Source: a virus (lineage: Duplodnaviria; Heunggongvirae; Uroviricota; Caudoviricetes). From it: a DNA stretch of 54,213 nt. Position numbers and translations under genes: made by a program. The notes under the pieces are model-generated. The model was not told where the DNA came from, made no database searches, and saw only the letters and a list, made by a program, of their open reading frames with translations. Of this stretch, positions 51,428 to 54,213 are shown piece by piece (positions within the stretch are counted from its first letter, which is position 1; each line of letters begins with the position of its first letter). Where the stretch lies: IMG/VR virus record IMGVR_UViG_2721755676_000004; one strand, written 5' to 3'.

Positions 51428-52229
51428 GCAACCACCAATCGCAAAAGCCGATCTGCAAAAAACTCAGGGAAACCGTGCACCAGCAGCAGTTAAAAATAGC
51501 GACGTGATTAGTTTTATTAACCAGCCATCAATGAAAGAGCAACTGGCAGCAGCTCTTCCACGCCATATGACGGCTGAACGTATGATCCGTATCGCCACCA
51601 CAGAAATTCGTAAAGTTCCGGCGTTAGGAAACTGTGACACTATGAGTTTTGTCAGTGCGATCGTACAGTGTTCACAGCTCGGACTTGAGCCAGGTAGCGC
51701 CCTCGGTCATGCATATTTACTGCCTTTTGGTAATAAAAACGAAAAGAGCGGTAAAAAGAACGTTCAGCTAATCATTGGCTATCGCGGCATGATTGATCTG
51801 GCTCGCCGTTCTGGTCAAATCGCCAGCCTGTCAGCCCGTGTTGTCCGTGAAGGTGACGAGTTTAGCTTCGAATTTGGCCTTGATGAAAAGTTAATACACC
51901 GCCCGGGAGAAAACGAAGATGCCCCGGTTACCCACGTCTATGCTGTCGCAAGACTGAAAGACGGAGGTACTCAGTTTGAAGTTATGACGCGCAAACAGAT
52001 TGAGCTGGTGCGCAGCCTGAGTAAAGCTGGTAATAACGGGCCGTGGGTAACTCACTGGGAAGAAATGGCAAAGAAAACGGCTATTCGTCGCCTGTTCAAA
52101 TATCTGCCCGTATCAATTGAGATCCAGCGTGCAGTATCAATGGATGAAAAGGAACCACTGACAATCGATCCTGCAGATTCCTCTGTATTAACCGGGGAAT
52201 ACAGTGTAATCGATAATTCAGAGGAATAA
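51420..52229 (+). CDS. recT: Single-strand annealing protein RecT
   Basis: 269 aa from [14 protein letters not shown]; start overlaps recE stop. Confidence 0.9.
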   Translation: MTKQPPIAKADLQKTQGNRAPAAVKNSDVISFINQPSMKEQLAAALPRHMTAERMIRIATTEIRKVPALGNCDTMSFVSAIVQCSQLGLEPGSALGHAYLLPFGNKNEKSGKKNVQLIIGYRGMIDLARRSGQIASLSARVVREGDEFSFEFGLDEKLIHRPGENEDAPVTHVYAVARLKDGGTQFEVMTRKQIELVRSLSKAGNNGPWVTHWEEMAKKTAIRRLFKYLPVSIEIQRAVSMDEKEPLTIDPADSSVLTGEYSVIDNSEE

Positions 52230-52285
52230 TTCAGCCTGGCGGTGTAATGCACCGCCAACTTGAAATATTTTTTATGAGAAAAATT

Positions 52286-52480
52286 ATGAGATATGACAAT
52301 GTTAAACCATGTCCATTTTGTGGTTGTCCATCAGTAACGGTGAAAGCCATTTCAGGATATTACCGAGCGAAGTGTAACGGATGCGAATCCCGAACCGGTT
52401 ATGGTGGAAGTGAAAAAGAAGCACTCGAAAGATGGAATAAACGAACCACTGGAAATAATAATGGAGGTGTTCATGTATAA
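52286..52480 (+). CDS. ralR: RalR (Lar) restriction-alleviation / DNase toxin protein
   Basis: 64 aa from MRYDNVKPCPFCGCPSVTV; Cys4 motif. Confidence 0.7.
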   Translation: MRYDNVKPCPFCGCPSVTVKAISGYYRAKCNGCESRTGYGGSEKEALERWNKRTTGNNNGGVHV

Positions 52481-52682
52481 AATTACCGCCACTATTGAAA
52501 AGGAAGGTGGCACTCCTACTAACTGGACAAGATATTCAAAATCTAAACTAACGAAATCAGAATGCGAAAAAATGCTCTCAGGTAAAAAAGAAGCAGGCGT
52601 TTCCAGAGAGCAGAAAGTAAAACTGATAAATTTTAATTGCGAGAAACTTCAGTCCTCGAGAATTGCATTGTATTCAAATTAA
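52473..52682 (+). CDS. Small protein (69 aa), YdaC-like
   Basis: GGAGGTG SD before ATG at 52473; overlaps ralR end. Confidence 0.5.
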   Translation: MYKITATIEKEGGTPTNWTRYSKSKLTKSECEKMLSGKKEAGVSREQKVKLINFNCEKLQSSRIALYSN

Positions 52683-52760
52683 AACTTCATAGCTGATTAT
52701 TAATAATCAACATCGGGCGTCAATTTCAGTCTAACATTGGCGCCTGCCAGAGGTGATGCG

Positions 52761-52976
52761 ATGGCACAAGTAATCTTTAATGAAGAGTGGATGGTTGAAT
52801 ACGGCCTGATGCTTCGCACTGGTCTGGGGGCCAGACAAATTGAAGCATACCGCCAGAACTGTTGGGTGGAGGGCTTCCACTTCAAACGAGTATCTCCTTT
52901 AGGTAAGCCAGACAGCAAACGAGGGATTATCTGGTACAACTATCCAAAGATAAATCAGTTTATCAAAGACTCATGA
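52761..52976 (+). CDS. xisR: Excisionase
   Basis: 71 aa from [10 protein letters not shown]; AGGTGA SD; immediately upstream of and coupled to integrase. Confidence 0.6.
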   Translation: MAQVIFNEEWMVEYGLMLRTGLGARQIEAYRQNCWVEGFHFKRVSPLGKPDSKRGIIWYNYPKINQFIKDS

Positions 52977-52977
52977 T

Positions 52978-54213
52978 ATGTCTAAATTACCAACAGGTGT
53001 CGAGATTAGAGGTAGATACATTCGCATCTGGTTCATGTTTCGAGGAAAACGATGTCGGGAAACATTAAAAGGCTGGGAGATTACAAACAGTAATATTAAA
53101 AAGGCCGGAAATTTAAGATCGCTGATAGTTCATGAAATAAACTCCGGTGAATTTGAGTATTTAAGACGTTTTCCCCAGTCCAGCACTGGGGCAAAAATGG
53201 TGACAACGAGAGTCATAAAAACGTTCGGAGAGCTTTGTGATATCTGGACAAAAATTAAAGAGACAGAGTTAACAACAAACACAATGAAGAAAACGAAATC
53301 ACAATTAAAAACACTCAGAATAATAATTTGTGAAAGTACCCCGATATCACATATTCGTTATAGCGATATCTTAAACTACCGGAATGAACTGCTGCATGGA
53401 GAAACGCTTTACCTGGATAATCCAAGATCCAACAAAAGAGGAAGAACCGTGCGCACAGTTGATAACTATATCGCCCTGCTCTGTTCGCTGTTGCGTTTTG
53501 CGTATCAGTCGGGATTTATATCAACTAAACCATTTGAAGGAGTAAAAAAATTACAGCGAAACAGAATAAAGCCTGATCCGTTATCTAAAACAGAATTCAA
53601 TGCATTAATGGAAAGTGAAAAAGGACAGAGCCAGAACTTGTGGAAATTTGCCGTTTACTCAGGACTTCGTCACGGGGAACTGGCAGCTCTGGCGTGGGAG
53701 GATGTGGATCTCGAAAAGGGAATAGTGAATGTCAGAAGAAACCTGACGATACTTGATATGTTCGGTCCCCCAAAAACAAATGCCGGGATCCGAACAGTAA
53801 CACTACTGCAGCCTGCTCTTGAAGCACTGAAGGAGCAATACAAACTGACCGGGCATCATCGCAAAAGCGAAATCACCTTTTATCATCGGGAGTACGGCAG
53901 AACCGAAAAGCAAAAACTGCATTTTGTTTTCATGCCCAGGGTGTGTAACGGAAAACAAAAACCTTATTACTCGGTAAGCAGTTTGGGGGCAAGGTGGAAT
54001 GCAGCAGTAAAACGTGCTGGTATTCGCCGCCGTAATCCGTACCATACGCGGCATACTTTTGCCTGCTGGCTGTTGACGGCAGGAGCGAACCCGGCATTTA
54101 TAGCCAGCCAAATGGGGCATGAAACTGCGCAGATGGTGTATGAAATTTACGGTATGTGGATTGATGACATGAACGACGAACAGATAGCCATGTTGAATGC
54201 GCGGTTATCGTAG
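52978..54213 (+). CDS. intR: Tyrosine integrase
   Basis: 411 aa; C-terminal catalytic motifs (HTRHTF...VYEIYG) of the tyrosine recombinase family. Confidence 0.9.
   Translation: MSKLPTGVEIRGRYIRIWFMFRGKRCRETLKGWEITNSNIKKAGNLRSLIVHEINSGEFEYLRRFPQSSTGAKMVTTRVIKTFGELCDIWTKIKETELTTNTMKKTKSQLKTLRIIICESTPISHIRYSDILNYRNELLHGETLYLDNPRSNKRGRTVRTVDNYIALLCSLLRFAYQSGFISTKPFEGVKKLQRNRIKPDPLSKTEFNALMESEKGQSQNLWKFAVYSGLRHGELAALAWEDVDLEKGIVNVRRNLTILDMFGPPKTNAGIRTVTLLQPALEALKEQYKLTGHHRKSEITFYHREYGRTEKQKLHFVFMPRVCNGKQKPYYSVSSLGARWNAAVKRAGIRRRNPYHTRHTFACWLLTAGANPAFIASQMGHETAQMVYEIYGMWIDDMNDEQIAMLNARLS

Noticed and set aside
1-54213. CRISPR array or rRNA genes
   Set aside because: No array of regularly spaced identical repeats and no rRNA-like conserved blocks anywhere in the window; the only iterated short repeats are the CGTGAC iterons and the stf coding repeats.

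Overview
The whole window reads as one lambda-like (Rac-type) prophage of an Escherichia-like host, with the late operon on the minus strand and the recombination/integration arm on the plus strand. Left to right: ynaE/ydfK-like gene and Pin serine invertase; side tail fibre and assembly genes, lom, and a complete lambda-type tail module (J, I, K, L, M, tape measure, G/GT frameshift chaperone, major tail, terminator/completion proteins); head module (connector proteins, major capsid, scaffold, Mu F-like protein, portal, large and small terminase); a ParB-like protein and a GT-A-like protein; a TrkG/TrkH potassium transporter moron; a phage-21-type lysis cassette (pinholin, SAR endolysin, Rz/Rz1) in which the endolysin is split by a complete 1331-bp IS2 with a 5-bp target duplication; two tandem lipoproteins whose C-terminal domains resemble TolA domain III; a Q-like/nin-like region; an AT-rich spacer followed by an ~8 kb non-phage cargo island (YeaR-like, MFS, ChaC-like, LysR, membrane protein, BCCT transporter); then replication initiator with internal iterons, ydaT/ydaS-like genes, RacR-like repressor, sieB, kilR, recE, recT, ralR, excisionase and integrase. 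No rRNA, tRNA or CRISPR array was found. All homology calls are from reading the translations against remembered reference proteins, without database searches. The most novel-looking candidates are the TolA-III-like lipoprotein pair and the ParB-like/GT-A-like pair.
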